DNA of 64,000 nt from Azolla caroliniana (GCA_043228905.1 JBHGNT010000003.1:13392001-13456000), one strand, 5' to 3'. Shown: positions 37,646 to 50,730, numbered from the stretch's first letter. A program made the numbers and translations. Notes: generated from the letters alone by a model not told the origin.

Positions 37646-40600
37646 ACACAATTGTTTCATCGACAGATCCCACAAAAGGATTTAATAGGTTAGTTCTATG
37701 TGGCTTATCAGGAGCCACAGGAAATGGTGTCACAATTTGTGATCCAATTTTAGAACCTACGACTTCAAATTTCACGGCCAATTCTAGAAGAGGAATTGAA
37801 GGATATTTTCCTAGAGACTATACGTGAAACTCTTCATACAACTCTAGTAGTGTTCGACTTCTGGAATCAATCATTGGAACAAGTGGTAGATAAAGCTCTA
37901 TCTATGGATCAGACGCACAATAATAACAATATGAACATGTCGGTGTTACATAGGCACTTACCTACATTAGAAGAGCTAAGATTCAGGCAAGTTGTTCAGT
38001 GTACTACTTGCCTCAACATAGGGCATTCGACAATTGAATGCAGTCTATGCACTCATTGTACAATTTGCCATTCCAAAGCTCATTCAATCGAGTGGTGTGA
38101 GTATAATTTGCTCAATAAAACAGCTGCACTGGTTCAACAAATACATGCTGAAAATAATTATCAGGGAAATCAAAATAGGTCACGTGAAGAGGATCGCTAT
38201 CAATCGGAGCGGCGAGATGATTCTCGACGTGAAGATAACCATAGAGATGATAATCGATGAGACGATTGTCGGTGTATTGATTGATATGATGCGGATCATC
38301 AGGAGGACTACCAACGGTATAGTGGAAATAATTTTGATTGGGATTACTCACTCCGACGAGATAACAATAACCAACAAGTACAACCCTATAGGGAAAGTCG
38401 TTATCAGGACGACAGAAGGTCCAATAACTATAGAAGACATGATGATAATAGACCACCAAATCATCGATTTAATGACAACCAGAAGCCGAAAGGGTCTCAG
38501 TAACTTCAACATGATACCAGAGACGGGGATAATTCTGAACCTCAGGATGCTCGTCGAACTCAATATGAACTCGGAGAATCTAGTGGCTCATCATTTCCAA
38601 ATTGCTACATATGCAAAAAAGATGGGCACTATGCAAATCAATGCCCAACGAAAGATAATGGAAAGGCACCAACAGTAAATATGGTGTTACCGGAAATACA
38701 ACAAGTAACCACTCGTAGTAAAGGAAAACAATCAGAGTGGGAGGTGCAAGAAGTAGTATGGAAGGAGGCTAAGGAATGGGTCGAAGAAGCCAACAACAAG
38801 AATGTCGCTAGAATGTTGCAAAACAATGATGCATCATTTGACGCTCAACTAGACGGCCAATCGGCACCCAAAATGGGGTAGAAAAAGTGTCGGTTAATTA
38901 TAACAATCCAATCACCGGACCGACAGTAATGGATGAACAGAGTCCATCAATAAAAGTAATTCGGGGTTAGGAAGTCACCGACACTATTGTCGACGACGGA
39001 TCAGGGGTAAATGTGATTAATAAGATCACATGTGATCGGCTTGGAATTACTAAATGGGACACCTGTCCTTCCTGGTTAAGAATGGCCGACACAAGTACAG
39101 TCCGGCCACTGGGTCTAATTCGCCAATTGGATGTCATTGTGGGGGGTCACACTTTCGTAATCTCGGTTGTAGTGCTTCATTTGGATGCACCTGATGCATA
39201 TCCATTATAATTAGGCCGACCTTGGCTAAAGACAACAAATACAGAATTGGAACAAGAACATTGTAACATTCCGGAAGGGTAAGAGTAAATTTTGGGTGTC
39301 AACACAAGAAAAGATTAGTACGACTCGGTAGTGTTTACCAGTTCATGACGAAGCAATGAACATGATGGAAGGATTGGATATTTTGAAGACAATACAAAGA
39401 TCATTCCACTATTCGAAGTCGATATCATACAGACACATACAACATATATGGGTGAGGAAGATAAAGAAGAAGAAATTCTTGTTGATGACAAAATGTTGAA
39501 GGAGTTACGACTTCAACAAGAAGCTATAGAAAGGGAGATGCAGGTGTCCCAAAGAGTTCAGGCGTTGGCACTCGAAGAATTAAACTTAGCCGACACCAAC
39601 TCCAAACCGAAGACCATTCTGATAGCTAAAGAAATAGAGTCGGTTGATAAAGCTAAGATGATTGATTTATTGCTTCAATATAAAGATGTGTTTGCTGAGT
39701 CATTTGAAGATATAACAGGATTAGATCCGGCCTTCTGTCACCATAAGATAAATTTGCATAAATATGCGAAGCCAGTACAACAACGTTGGTACCAAATAAA
39801 TCCCAATTATGCTATGAAAGTAAAAGAGGAAATCGACAAACTACTTAGAGTTGGTTTTATTCGAATAGTGAAGAAGGCAACTTGGTTAAGTCCAATCGTA
39901 GTCGTACCCAAGAAGAATGGAAAGATCAGAGTATGTGTTGACTATAGAAAGCTTAATGCGGCTACAACAATAGATGCATTTCTGTTACCCTTTATAGATG
40001 GACTTTTGGATGCGGTGGCAGGACATGAAATTTACAGCTTTCTAGACCAAGTTAGTGGCTATAATCAGGTTCGCATGCACCCGGAGGATCAAGAGAAAAC
40101 AACATTTGTAAATGAATGGGGAATATTTGTCGTAGTCGTAATGATGTTGGGCTGAAAAACGACTTCGGCGACATTTCAGAGGGTCATCTAGGAAATTTTC
40201 ATTGATTATATATCTACATTTATGCAGGTATTTTTTGATGATTTTGCTTAAATATATACTAAAAAAGCTAATCATTTCAAGCATTTACGTCTCTGTCTAG
40301 AACAGTGTCGACAAGGCCGGCTTAGTCTTAATCCTGCTAAATGTGCATTTGGAGTAATAAGTGGTACGTTACTCGGCCATATTGTCAGTCGGGACGGCAT
40401 AGCAGTTGATCCTGGCAAAGTGAAGGCAATAAGGGAAGCTCCGACGCCGACTAATGCTAAAGCTCTCAGTAGGTTTTTGGGCCAAATCAGATGGCATAGT
40501 CGGGATGATTCGGTATTTAGCCGATGTAGCAACACCTTTGCATACGATAATGCATAAAACACCTTTTCAATGGACAAATGCAGAGCAGGATGCCTAAGAT

Positions 40601-41419
40601 TGTCTTAAAAAGATGCTAACAAGGTACTAGTTGTGCAACCGCCCAACTGGGGAAAGCAATTTCATGTCTTTGTCAATGCGTCCGATATAGCTATCAGAAG
40701 TGCCTTAATGTAGCTGATGGAGCCTAACTGGTATAGACCAGTTTTTTACGCGAGTTAGAAGCTATCAATGGGAGAACGCAACTATTTGACAACCGAATGC
40801 GAGGCTCTCGGCATGATATATAGTATCAATAAATTCCAACATTACTTGTTGGGCCGAAAATTCACATTTCATGTGGATCATTCAACATTATTATATTTAG
40901 TGTCCAAGCAGGAATTAACAAGAAAACTGGCCTGATGGACATTATTGCTGCAAGAGTTTGAATTTGACATAATCCATCGCCTAGGGGTACAACATGTAGT
41001 CCCGATTGTCTGAGTCGACTAGAGTTGGGAGAGTTAGGTACAGGAGTTAAGGATGATTTTCCCAATACTCAGCTTTTTAGAGTCGACACCGTAGTAGCCA
41101 TAGAGATGGATGAAGATAAGGCAAATTTATGGATAACTAAAATGACGATTTTTTTGAGTACAGGATTGCCGCCAGAAGGCATGCCACTTGATGAAAGAAA
41201 AAGGCTAGCGGTAAGAAGTCAGAACTTCTGTCTCCTGAATGACACATTATAACATAAAGGAGTCGACGACATATGGTGGTGGACGGTTCGACAATACGAG
41301 AAAGAAGCGGTTCTATGCGAGGCCCATTGCGGTATTGTCGGCGATCATTATGTGAGGGAAACGACAGTGAGGAATATTTGGAATAGTGGCATGTGGTGGC
41401 CGATTACCTCAAAAGACGC
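37646..41419 (+). pseudogene. gag-pol: Element B gag-protease-RT-RNase H (many stops)
   Basis: CTTCLNIGHSTIEC and CYICKKDGHYANQC knuckles, DDGSGVNVI protease, RVCVDYRKLN, YSFLD..SGYNQ, FFDDF. Confidence 0.92.
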
Positions 41420-41779
41420 TGTCGTGAAGATTTTCGGTAATAGTGTGAAAATCCCATAAAACGTACAAAATCGAGTATGAATCACATAATACAATAATTG
41501 TGAAGATAACATTTTAAATAAATTTAATATCTAAGTACAAAATGATGGAGGTTTCGAATGCACTTTATTACACGAGAAACGGATAACTAAATGTCAAGAT
41601 ATGAGGGTATAAAGTTTCTGAAAGGAAAAGAGAAAATTGTGAGATATCCCACATAGGCACGACAAATACGGCTCTCATCATATATAAGGTAGAGCAAAAG
41701 ATATTATCTTTGTGTCTATGTGTGGAGCATAGAGAGTTCAAGGTAACTTGAACTAAGAGTGGAGGTGGGCTAGCTACTC

Positions 41780-42111
41780 GTAAAGGGTTTTGGCCAACCA
41801 AAACCGGACCGACGATGGAGCCGGTGATCCGGCGGCATCCAGTGCCAGTGAGACACCGACATCCGACGACAATCCGGCGACGACGAGGTGACGGTATCCG
41901 GCGGCGACATCCAGCGCCGGTGAGACGACGACATCCGGCGAGGCAGTAAAGGGTTTTGGCCAACCAAAACCGGACCGACGATGGAGCCGGTGATCCGGCG
42001 GCATCCAGTGCCAGTGAGACACCGACATCCGACGACAATCCGGCGACGACGAGGTGACGGTATCCGGCGGCGGCATCCAGCGCCGGTGAGACGACGGCAT
42101 CCGGCGAGGCA
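41780..42111 (+). repeat. 166-bp tandem duplication of a GC-rich U3 block in the LTR of C
   Basis: GTAAAGGGTTTTGGCCAACC.. at 41780 and 41946; internal CATCCGGCG sub-repeats. Confidence 0.9.
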
Positions 42112-42206
42112 CGGTAACCGACGGCATCCGATGCCGGTAAGGCGACGACATCCGGTGACTAGATAAATAAATATATAAATATATATACATATATACATTT
42201 ACAAGG

Positions 42207-42278
42207 AGGGCAAGTAAGGATTCGAACCTTGCACCTCCGAGTTAGGAGTCAATTGGCTTACCATTAAGCCATGCCATT
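42207..42278 (-). promoter_or_regulatory. tRNA-derived Pol III A/B-box module in C 5' LTR (antisense to C)
   Basis: TGGCTTAATGG A box with GGCTT/AAGCC D-stem, CTCCTAA loop, AGGTG, AAGG-TTCGAAT-CCTT T-arm, GGCA/TGCC acceptor remnant. Confidence 0.8.
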
Positions 42279-42810
42279 TAGTTGAATTTATATTTCTATC
42301 ATTGTACTTTTACATGTAAATTCTCATACATGAGAGCTAAAATGAGTGACATGGTTATCATGCACCACATGTAATACATAAGCGCCAAATGGCAAACATG
42401 CATTTTATGCATGTCTTGTACCCTCACATGCATCATATGCATGAGAGCATCTATAAAAGAAGGAAGGGGGAGGAGAAAAAACGTTTTTTTTTTTTGGGTT
42501 ATGAAATTAAGAGGAAGAAATTCGTTATCAAATTGATCGTGTAACTTGTTTCTTAAATCCAAAGATAAAAGTTCAATCAATCTCTCTCAATCGTTTAATC
42601 CTAACTTCTCTCTTTCCCAATCTATCTTAAGTACTTTCTCGCTAAAGCTTGCGCCAAAGCTTGTACTGACTTTGAATCCTTCCGGTCCAGAACCCCGGTG
42701 GTTCCGCCTCACGATCCGCGTGTAGTGACGGATCTTCACGACATAATTAAGTGGTGAACCCGCCATGAAAGAGGCGGTAGGAAGGATCAAGTCGAGATTA
42801 ATACTTGGAG

Positions 42811-44432
42811 ATGGCGTCCTCAAGCAACCAAGCGGGAGAGCTCGAAAGGATGATGCTAATCGTCGAGCAAATGATGAGATCTCGGGACAACGACGCGAGC
42901 GTGGAGAAGGCTGTCGATCGTGTCGTAGAGCTCGAGGGCCAATTCGATGGAAGGAATGTTACGAAGTTCCTTGATGCATATAGAAGGGAGATGAATCAGA
43001 GGGACGTGTCCGAGGCACGTCAAATCGTAAGCTTCAAGAGAGTTGTCACCAACAACATCCAAAGACGCGTCATCGAGCTTCAGGAAGGTAAGACAACATG
43101 GTCCGAGTTCGAGAAAACGATACTAGCGGAGTTCGTGATTGAAGTCTCAACGAGGATGACTCGACATGCCCTGATGAAGTGGATAGAGAAGAAGAATAAG
43201 AAGATGAGCGTCTCGAGGGTGTACGACGAATTCGACCAGATGTTTAGTCGTCTCCCCAATACGGACCAAGTGTTGCTTGAAGAGGACAAGACTTTGTACT
43301 TCTTGAAGGCCGTGGACATAAAGGATAGACGGGAGTTGGGGACTCTTCTCGAAGATGATACCCAAGCAAATGGGCTCGTAGCAGACTGGATCACGGTGAA
43401 GCGGGCATGCAATAGGCTCGACAAGTGTCGCCAATGGGTTGATGACACCGACTTGACGGGATCGACTACCACGGAGAAAGGAAGACCACCGAAAGTAGCT
43501 GAGCCGCCAAGACAAAGTAACGTGGAAGAAAAGAAGATTGATGATGACATCATTGAAGAGCTAGCGAAGAAGTTCGAGAAGGTCACGCTAGCCAACATGA
43601 ATCGTCAGGGCCCTAAAGGAAAAGAACCCTTTAGATGCGTGTGGTGCGATAGCATGGACCACATGAGAAGGGATTGTGCGAGCCTTCGAGAGGCGATTCG
43701 ACAAAATATCGTATACATAGAGGACAACATGATCTGCTCAAGCGAGACTAGAAGACCCCTACGGGTGAATTTCGGAAGAGGAGGAATGAAGAAATCTATG
43801 GAGGATGCCGATGCGACTCATGTGGATGCGATGCACTATGCTGCGTCGGCCGGAATAAGAGTCGGGAAAGACAAGACTGAAGCTGCTAGAGCGGGAGCAA
43901 AGTTTTGGACTTCCATTCTTGAATATGAGAAGAAGGGAAAAGTCACATTGAACGAGGTAGAGCTTGCGGACCGAAGCATGCAAAGCATAACCGGGTGGTC
44001 GGATCCGGTGGACGACAACACCATACTCGCAGAGGTGATGTGCGACAACCACGAGGTGTTTGTCGAAGAAAAGAGAAAGAGAATAGAAGAGCAAGGGCCA
44101 TCAAAAAGACATGAAACAAGGAACGCGAAAAAGAAGGATGATGCGGAGATGAGTCGACCTTTACAAACGGAGGAACGAGAATCAAGCCGAAAAGGGGAGC
44201 CGAGCATACGAGTTGAAGAAACGGTTCGGCCCGTGAAGGTTGGTGTCAAAGACCCCGCTCGGAGGACAAGGACTATACCTACCTATAAGCTAAGGTCGGA
44301 CATAGAGCAGACGACGGAGCTAAAGAATATTCTCGAAGAACGAGTTCTTGATAGCCACGTAACTTTGTCCCTGAGGGAATTGCTTGGTATTACGAAGAAG
44401 GAGTTCCATGACACGATCGTGGACCTTGTAAA
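42811..44432 (+). CDS. gag: Element C Gag (continues into protease at 50731-51307 after K)
   Basis: Open ORF; CVWCDSMDHMRRDC knuckle; ..FHDTIVDLV|KRKRQQ.. matches I (FHDSIVDLVKRKRL). Confidence 0.92.
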
Positions 44433-44433
44433 T

Positions 44434-44506
44434 GTCATGTGGCAAGACTCGAACCCATGACCTTAGGTTATATGGGTCGAGCTCTTGACCATTAGACCAT
44501 CTATTG
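44434..44506 (-). promoter_or_regulatory. tRNA-derived Pol III A/B-box module at the 5' edge of the K LTR (copy at 50290-50364)
   Basis: A box TGGTCTAATGG, AGGTC variable loop, B box GGTTCGAGTC, 45 nt from T8 to G53. Confidence 0.75.
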
Positions 44507-44871
44507 TAATACGTAGGATATTATTTTCATTTTCATTTTATTATAGGAAATTAGTGTATATTCCAGATTTCTCTGGAACATTCTAGAAGCTTCAGGATTA
44601 CTCCTGAAAACACTATAAAAGAGGGCACTAGGCATTATGTTGAACCAAATTGGTTCAACGCCAGTCTTAAGACTTTTAGCCACCATTGTATATTCTCTTC
44701 ATATAATACATATCTTTCTTATCATCACACACACTCTCTCTCTCGATCTCTCTCTTTCTCTCTGTCTCGCTCACTTCTTCCTTCTCTCTCGAAGAAGTTC
44801 CACACCCCTCATAGTATTAATCCTTCGTTTAGTACTAATTCCTTCTCTGTCTCAGTACTGTTCATGACAGT

Positions 44872-44883
44872 TTGAACCAATTT
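44872..44883 (+). promoter_or_regulatory. Self-priming PBS of K
   Basis: TTGAACCAATTT is the exact complement of AAATTGGTTCAA (44647-44658), 33 nt downstream of TATAAAA (44614). Confidence 0.85.
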
Positions 44884-44942
44884 CCCTACCTTTTGTCTCT
44901 CTCATTTCCTACTAATCTTTTATTCCTCTTTTCTTTCATCCC

Positions 44943-46094
44943 ATGGCCACTGTTAGCGCTGAAGAATATCAATCTGTTTTCTCGGAATTTCAATGCTTGA
45001 AGGAGAAGTTCCATGTTTTGGAACAAGAAAACCAACTGTTGCTGGGGGATCTTCAGCAAATCTCCTTAGAAAAGCAGCAAACGCAACAACAACATGGGGA
45101 ACTTGCGTTATGCATGCAACAACTCGAAGCCACCATCGTAGTGATGCAACAACAAGGGCCCGGAACACAAGGGATTCATAAAGAACCTAAGATTGGCCTT
45201 CCCACGAAGTTCGATGGAACGCGATCGCAGTTTAGAGGGTTCCTTAACCAGGTACGATTAGTTATTCAAATGCATCCTTCCCGATATCCCACCGATGCAT
45301 CACGAGTGGGTTTAGTAGGCACTTTGTTAAGTGGCTCATCGTTGTCATGGTTCGCTCCACTATTAGAAAAGGAATCTCCATTACTCAACAATTTTGAAGA
45401 GTTTCTAGGTGAGTTTAAAGCATGTTTCGGAGATACTGACAACATCAAGACCACAATCAACAGAATCCGGCGATTACGCCAAGGTGACCGTCCAGCCTCT
45501 GCATACGCTGCAGATTTTCGCCTACTTGCCGCAGATATCCCTTGGGATGATCAAGCGTTGATGGAGCAATTCCGTTATGGTTTACGCAACGACGTCAAGG
45601 ATTTACTCTTGACCTTCCCCGAACAGCCAAAGTCCTTAACAGAAGCAATCAGTCGCGCGGTGAGATGTGACAACCGCCTCTTTGAGCGATGTTCGGAACG
45701 ACAACTACAGATGCCGAGGGCAAGATTAGAGCCCACCTACGCCTCAGTGGTAGCAAGACCTTTTCCGAGGGAGTCATATAATGCGCCTCCAGCGAATACT
45801 CCGACTCCGATGGAGATTGACACTACACGTCATCGAGGGTCATTATCCGAAGAAGAAAAGCAGTGACGCCGTACAAATCGACTATGTCTTTACTGCGGTG
45901 GACCAGGACATATCGCAATAAATTGCCCCCATAGGCCAAGAAGACAGGTAAACCAAATAGTCGCTAGTTCTAATTGTACTAAATCCGAGCCTATTTTAGT
46001 AGGGATATTTAATAGTCCTAATAGTACTAATATCCCAGATCTAGCAAACAAATTTGATGTCCTTAGTCAATTAGAAGAAGAGTTAAACGACTAA
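44943..46094 (+). pseudogene. gag: Element K gag (one in-frame TGA at 45864)
   Basis: PTKFDGTR, PTPMEID, LCLYCGGPGHIAINC. Confidence 0.92.
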
Positions 46095-46134
46095 GTCCAG
46101 CCAAAATAGGAGCCGTTTGGTTGGACAGCCCTAG
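46082..46134 (+). promoter_or_regulatory. -1 frameshift signal of K (G UUA AAC plus 11-bp stem-loop)
   Basis: In-frame heptamer 46082-46088, 6-nt spacer, GTCCAGCCAAA/TTTGGTTGGAC; the -1 frame is open into the protease. Confidence 0.75.
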
Positions 46135-49100
46135 ATCTGTGCAACCCATTAGTGGTTCCATTCCCTCTAAGCAAGTTAGTGATGTGTTCGTAGCCCAAGT
46201 AATAGTTAGTACTAAAAGTACCCCTCTAGTACATGTCCTAGCACTCCTAGATTCCGGAGCTAACCCTTGCTTTATGGATAAGAAATTTGCTCAAGCTCAT
46301 AAGATATCCCTAAGAAAACTCTAGTGTCCAGCCTCTGTAGTAGTCATTGATGGACGTCCCATTGCTTCCGGAAATATCATAGAAGAGTCAGAGCCCATTA
46401 ATATTGTCCTAGATAACTTAGCATGTGTAGTATCATTTAATATTATTAGTATCCCAGAACATCCTATAGTTTTAGGACTACCGTGGTTCGAGTTACATAA
46501 CCCAGACATAGATTGGAGAACAAGAGAAATCCGGTGTCGACAAACCCAAGGGTCAACTCAGAAGATGGCAACCATTTCGCTACGTCAGTTGCGTAAAGAA
46601 GGGCACAAGGAGGAAATGTTCCTCTTTGCAATATCAGTAAACCCCTCCAACACCACTAAAGAAGAATCCACCGTTCAACTTCCCGAGAAGTATCGTCATT
46701 ACACCGATGTGTTCGATAAAGTACAAGCCAACACACTTCCTCATCATCGACCGTACGATTGCCCCATCGATTTACAACCGGGAAAAGAGCCGCCATGGGG
46801 ACCGATCTACAATTTGTCACCAACCAAGCTGGAAGTCCTTCGGGCCTATATAGAGGAGAATTTGGAAAATGGTTTCATTCGGCATTCGAAATCTCCAGCC
46901 GGCGCGCCCATTTTCTTCGTCAAGAAAAAAGATGGATCGCTTTGTCTCGTTGTAGATTACCGTGGCTTGAATAAGGTTACAATCAGGAATAGGTATGCTC
47001 TTCCCCTTATCTCAAGTCTTTTAGAACAGATCAATGGTGCCAGGTTCTTCACGAAGATCGACTTATGGGGAGCATATAACCTCGTACGGATCCGACCAGG
47101 AGACGAATGGAAGACTGCGTTTCGCACCAGATATGGGCACTTCGAGCATACTGTCATGCCGTTCGGCCTCACTAATGCGCCGGCAGTCTTCCAGCACATG
47201 GCTACTGATATATTCCGAGATCTATTGGATGATTGTTTGATTATCTATTTAGATGATCTACTGGTTTATTCAAAGACCCAAGAAGAACATGATTCTCATG
47301 TACTATTAGTACTAAAACAACTTCGAGAACATGGTCTGTATGCAAAGCTGGAAAAATGTAGTTTCGGGTGCAACCAAGTGGAATTTCTCGGGTACATCAT
47401 TTCGTCAGAAGGCATCTCCATGGACCCAGCTAAGGTCAAAACGGTGGTAGAATGGCAGACTCCGCGTTCGGTGCGGGATGTGCAATGCTTCTTAGGCTTT
47501 GCCAATTTTTACCGGAAGTTCATACAAAATTACTCAAAGATCGTTCTACCTCTCACACAACTTACCAGGAAGGGACAACCGTTCATCTCGTCTGAAGAAA
47601 CGGACATGGCTTTCGAGAGTCTTAAAAAGGCATTTACATCGGCTCCAATTCTAGCTCATGTCGATCCGGAAAAACCATTCATTATCGAAGCTGACGCATC
47701 GGATTTTGCATTGGGGAGCATTTTGTCACAACAGGGGAATGATGAGAAGCTACATCCTGTGGCTTTTCACTCACGCAAGTTTGATGTCGCCGAAATCAAC
47801 TACGAAATTCATGATAAGGAGCTATTGGCAATAGTGGATTCTTTTATGCAATGGAGGCATTTTCTGGAGGGATCCTCTCATCCAGTCATCGTATTTAGTG
47901 ACCACAAGAATCTTGCCTACTTTCAGGATGCTCGTGTGTTGAATCGACATCAAGCTCGGTGGGCCCACTTCCTCACGCATTTCGACTTCAAAATTACATA
48001 TCGTCCGGGGAGGCACCAAGGGAAGGCAGATGCATTATCACGGCGTTCGTATCTAGCACCCCGTCCCGGCGAGCCAGCTTTCGATAACCAAAAACAAGTC
48101 ATCTTGGGACCGGCACGACTACAAGCAACACAGATCTTTGACATGCCTATGGATTCCCGCGTTATCGATACCATACGTGAAGACTTGAAGATAGATGCAT
48201 TCGCCCAAGCTATACTAGCACAAATTGATCCCTCTCGAGCATCGTGTTCATAGTCGCAACCACCAGGTACGGACTATCGGCAATTCAAATACCATGATGG
48301 ATTACTCTTCTTTAAAGAACTTTTGTATGTTCCTAATGGTTCTTGCCGCCTTCGAGTAGTACAAAACTGTCATGACACATATATAGCTAGGCATTTTGGT
48401 AGTACTAAAACATTACATTTTGATCATTCTGGTGGCCCTGTATGCGACAGTTTGTCGAGGATTTTGTTCGGACTTGTGATACATGTTGCAGAGCGAAAAT
48501 GCCAAGGCATCATCCATATGGTTTATTAGAACCATTACTAATTCCAAGCAAGCCATGGCAATCCATTGCTCTAGACTTCATCACAGATCTTCCAATCTCT
48601 AAGGGGTTCAATGCGATTCTAACGGTGGTCGATCGATATACGAAGATGGCTCATTTCTTGCCATGTACTAAGGAGATCTCCAGGGAAGACACTGCCAAAA
48701 TTGTCATGCGTGAAGTATGTCAGCATCATGGACTTCCCGATAGTATCATCAGCGACCGTGGACCCCAGTTCGTGTCAAAATTCTGGAAGCACCTTTTTAA
48801 CATGCTCAAGGTCACTTGTAACCTCTCCTCCTGCTACCACCCACAAACCGACGGCCAAGCTGAACGAACAAATCAAACGTTGGAGCAATATCTGCGGTGC
48901 TTTCTCAGCTATCATCAGGACGACTGGGCAGATATTCTCCACTTCGCCGAATTAGCCTATAACAACTCTATCCATGCATCCACTAAAGTTACGCCATTTT
49001 ATGCTTATACGGGATGTCGCCCCTGGTGGAGTGTACTTGAAACCCTAGAGGTGTCCACAAATCCGTGCGCGGAGGATCGTTTGGAGCGGTTACGCAAGAT

Positions 49101-50295
49101 ACAAGCGGATTTATCTACTCATCTCCAGTAAGCTCAACAAACACACAAGGTCTACGCGGATCGTCATCGACTTCCATCCAGTTTTAATATTGGAGATCGG
49201 GTGTGGCTGCTACGACGACACATCAAGACTACTCGCCCATGTGAGAAGTTGGATTATCGGCGATTAGGTCCTTTCCGTATTATTGGAAAGATTAATGATG
49301 TCGCTTTTCGTCTCGATCTACCTCCTCAACTTCGGATACATCCGGTGTTTCATAGTTCTCTCCTCGAACCCTACCACGAGAGCACCATCCCAGGACGTCT
49401 TATCCAACCTCCACCCTCGATCGAGCTTGAAGATGGGCCGGAGTACGAGGTTGCCGCCATCCTTGATTCCAAGATTGTTCGCAACAAGCTCTACTATCTA
49501 GTCAATTGGCTAGGCTATAGCCCCAGTTTTAATATTGGAGATCGGGTGTGGCTGCTACAACGACACATCAAGACTACTCGCCCATGTGAGAAGTTGGATT
49601 ATCGGCGATTAGGTCCTTTCCGTATTATTGGAAAGATTAATGATGTCGCTTTTCGTCTCGATCTACCTCCTCAACTTCTTATCCAACCTCCACCCTCGAT
49701 CGAGCTTGAAGATGGGCCGGAGTACGAGGTTGCCGCCATCCTTGATTCCAAGATTGTTCGCAACAAGCTCTACTATCTAGTCAATTGGCTAGGCTATAGC
49801 CCCAGTTTTAATATTGGAGATCGGGTGTGGCTGCTACAACGACACATCAAGACTACTCGCCCATGTGAGAAGTTGGATTATCGGCGATTAGGTCCTTTCC
49901 GTATTATTGGAAAGATTAATGATGTCGCTTTTCGTCTCGATCTACCTCCTCAACTTCGGATACATCCGGTGTTTCATAGTTCTCTCCTCGAACCCTACCA
50001 CGAGAGCACCATCCCAGGACGTCTTATCCAACCTCCACCCTCGATCGAGCTTGAAGATGGGCCGGAGTACGAGGTTACCACCATCCTTGATTCCAAGATT
50101 GTTCGCAACAAGCTCTACTATCTAGTCAATTGGCTAGGCTATAGCCCCAGCGAACGTACTTGGGAACCGATCGAGAATGTAACCAATGCTCGTGCTCTTC
50201 TTGAAGACTTCCATCGTCAATATCCACACAAACCGGGTCGTCAATCCAAGATGACTCGTGACACTCGTTGTTTTAAAGGGGGGATAGTGTCATGA
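46088..50295 (+). pseudogene. pol: Element K pol (PR-RT-RH-INT-chromodomain), several stops
   Basis: ALLDSGA, YLDDLL, EADASDFA, ALDFITDLP, SDRGPQF, GPF, chromodomain. Confidence 0.93.
49178..50150 (+). repeat. In-frame tandem triplication (345/279/345 bp) of integrase GPF motif plus partial chromodomain
   Basis: Units start at CCAG 49178, 49523 and 49802; the middle copy lacks 66 bp. Confidence 0.95.
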
Positions 50296-50730
50296 TATGG
50301 CAAGACTCGATCCCATGACCTTAGGTTATATGGGTCGAGCTCTTGACCATTAGACCATCTATTGTAATACGTAGAATATTATTTTCATTTTCATTTTATT
50401 ATAGGAAATTAGTGTATATTCCAGATTTCTCTGGAACATTCTAGAAGCTTCAGGGTTACTCCTGAAAACACTATAAAAGAGGGCACTAGGCATTATGTTG
50501 AACCAAATTGGTTCAACGCCAGTCTTAAGCCTTTTAGCCACCATTGTATATTCTCTTCATATAATACATATCTTTCTTATCATCACACACACACTCTCTC
50601 TCAATCTCTCTCTTTCTCTCTGTCTCGCTCACTTCTTCCTTCTCTCGAAGAAGTTCCACACCCCTCATAGTACTAATCCTTCGTTTAGTACTAATTCCTT
50701 CTCTGTCTCAGTACTGTTCATGACAGTAAA

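Larger units (their letters stand above)
44433..50725 (+). mobile_element. Element K: chromovirus Ty3/Gypsy, Tcn1-like (self-priming)
   Basis: LTRs 44433-44869 and 50288-50725; TSD GTAAA (44428-44432, 50726-50730); PPT AAAGGGGGGATAG; chromodomain EYEV..ILDS..YLVNWLGY..TWEP; no tRNA PBS. Confidence 0.95.

Noticed and set aside
42207-42278. Functional tRNA gene (also 8709-8780 and 44434-44506)
   Set aside because: Acceptor and anticodon stems are broken; only the promoter boxes and partial arms persist.
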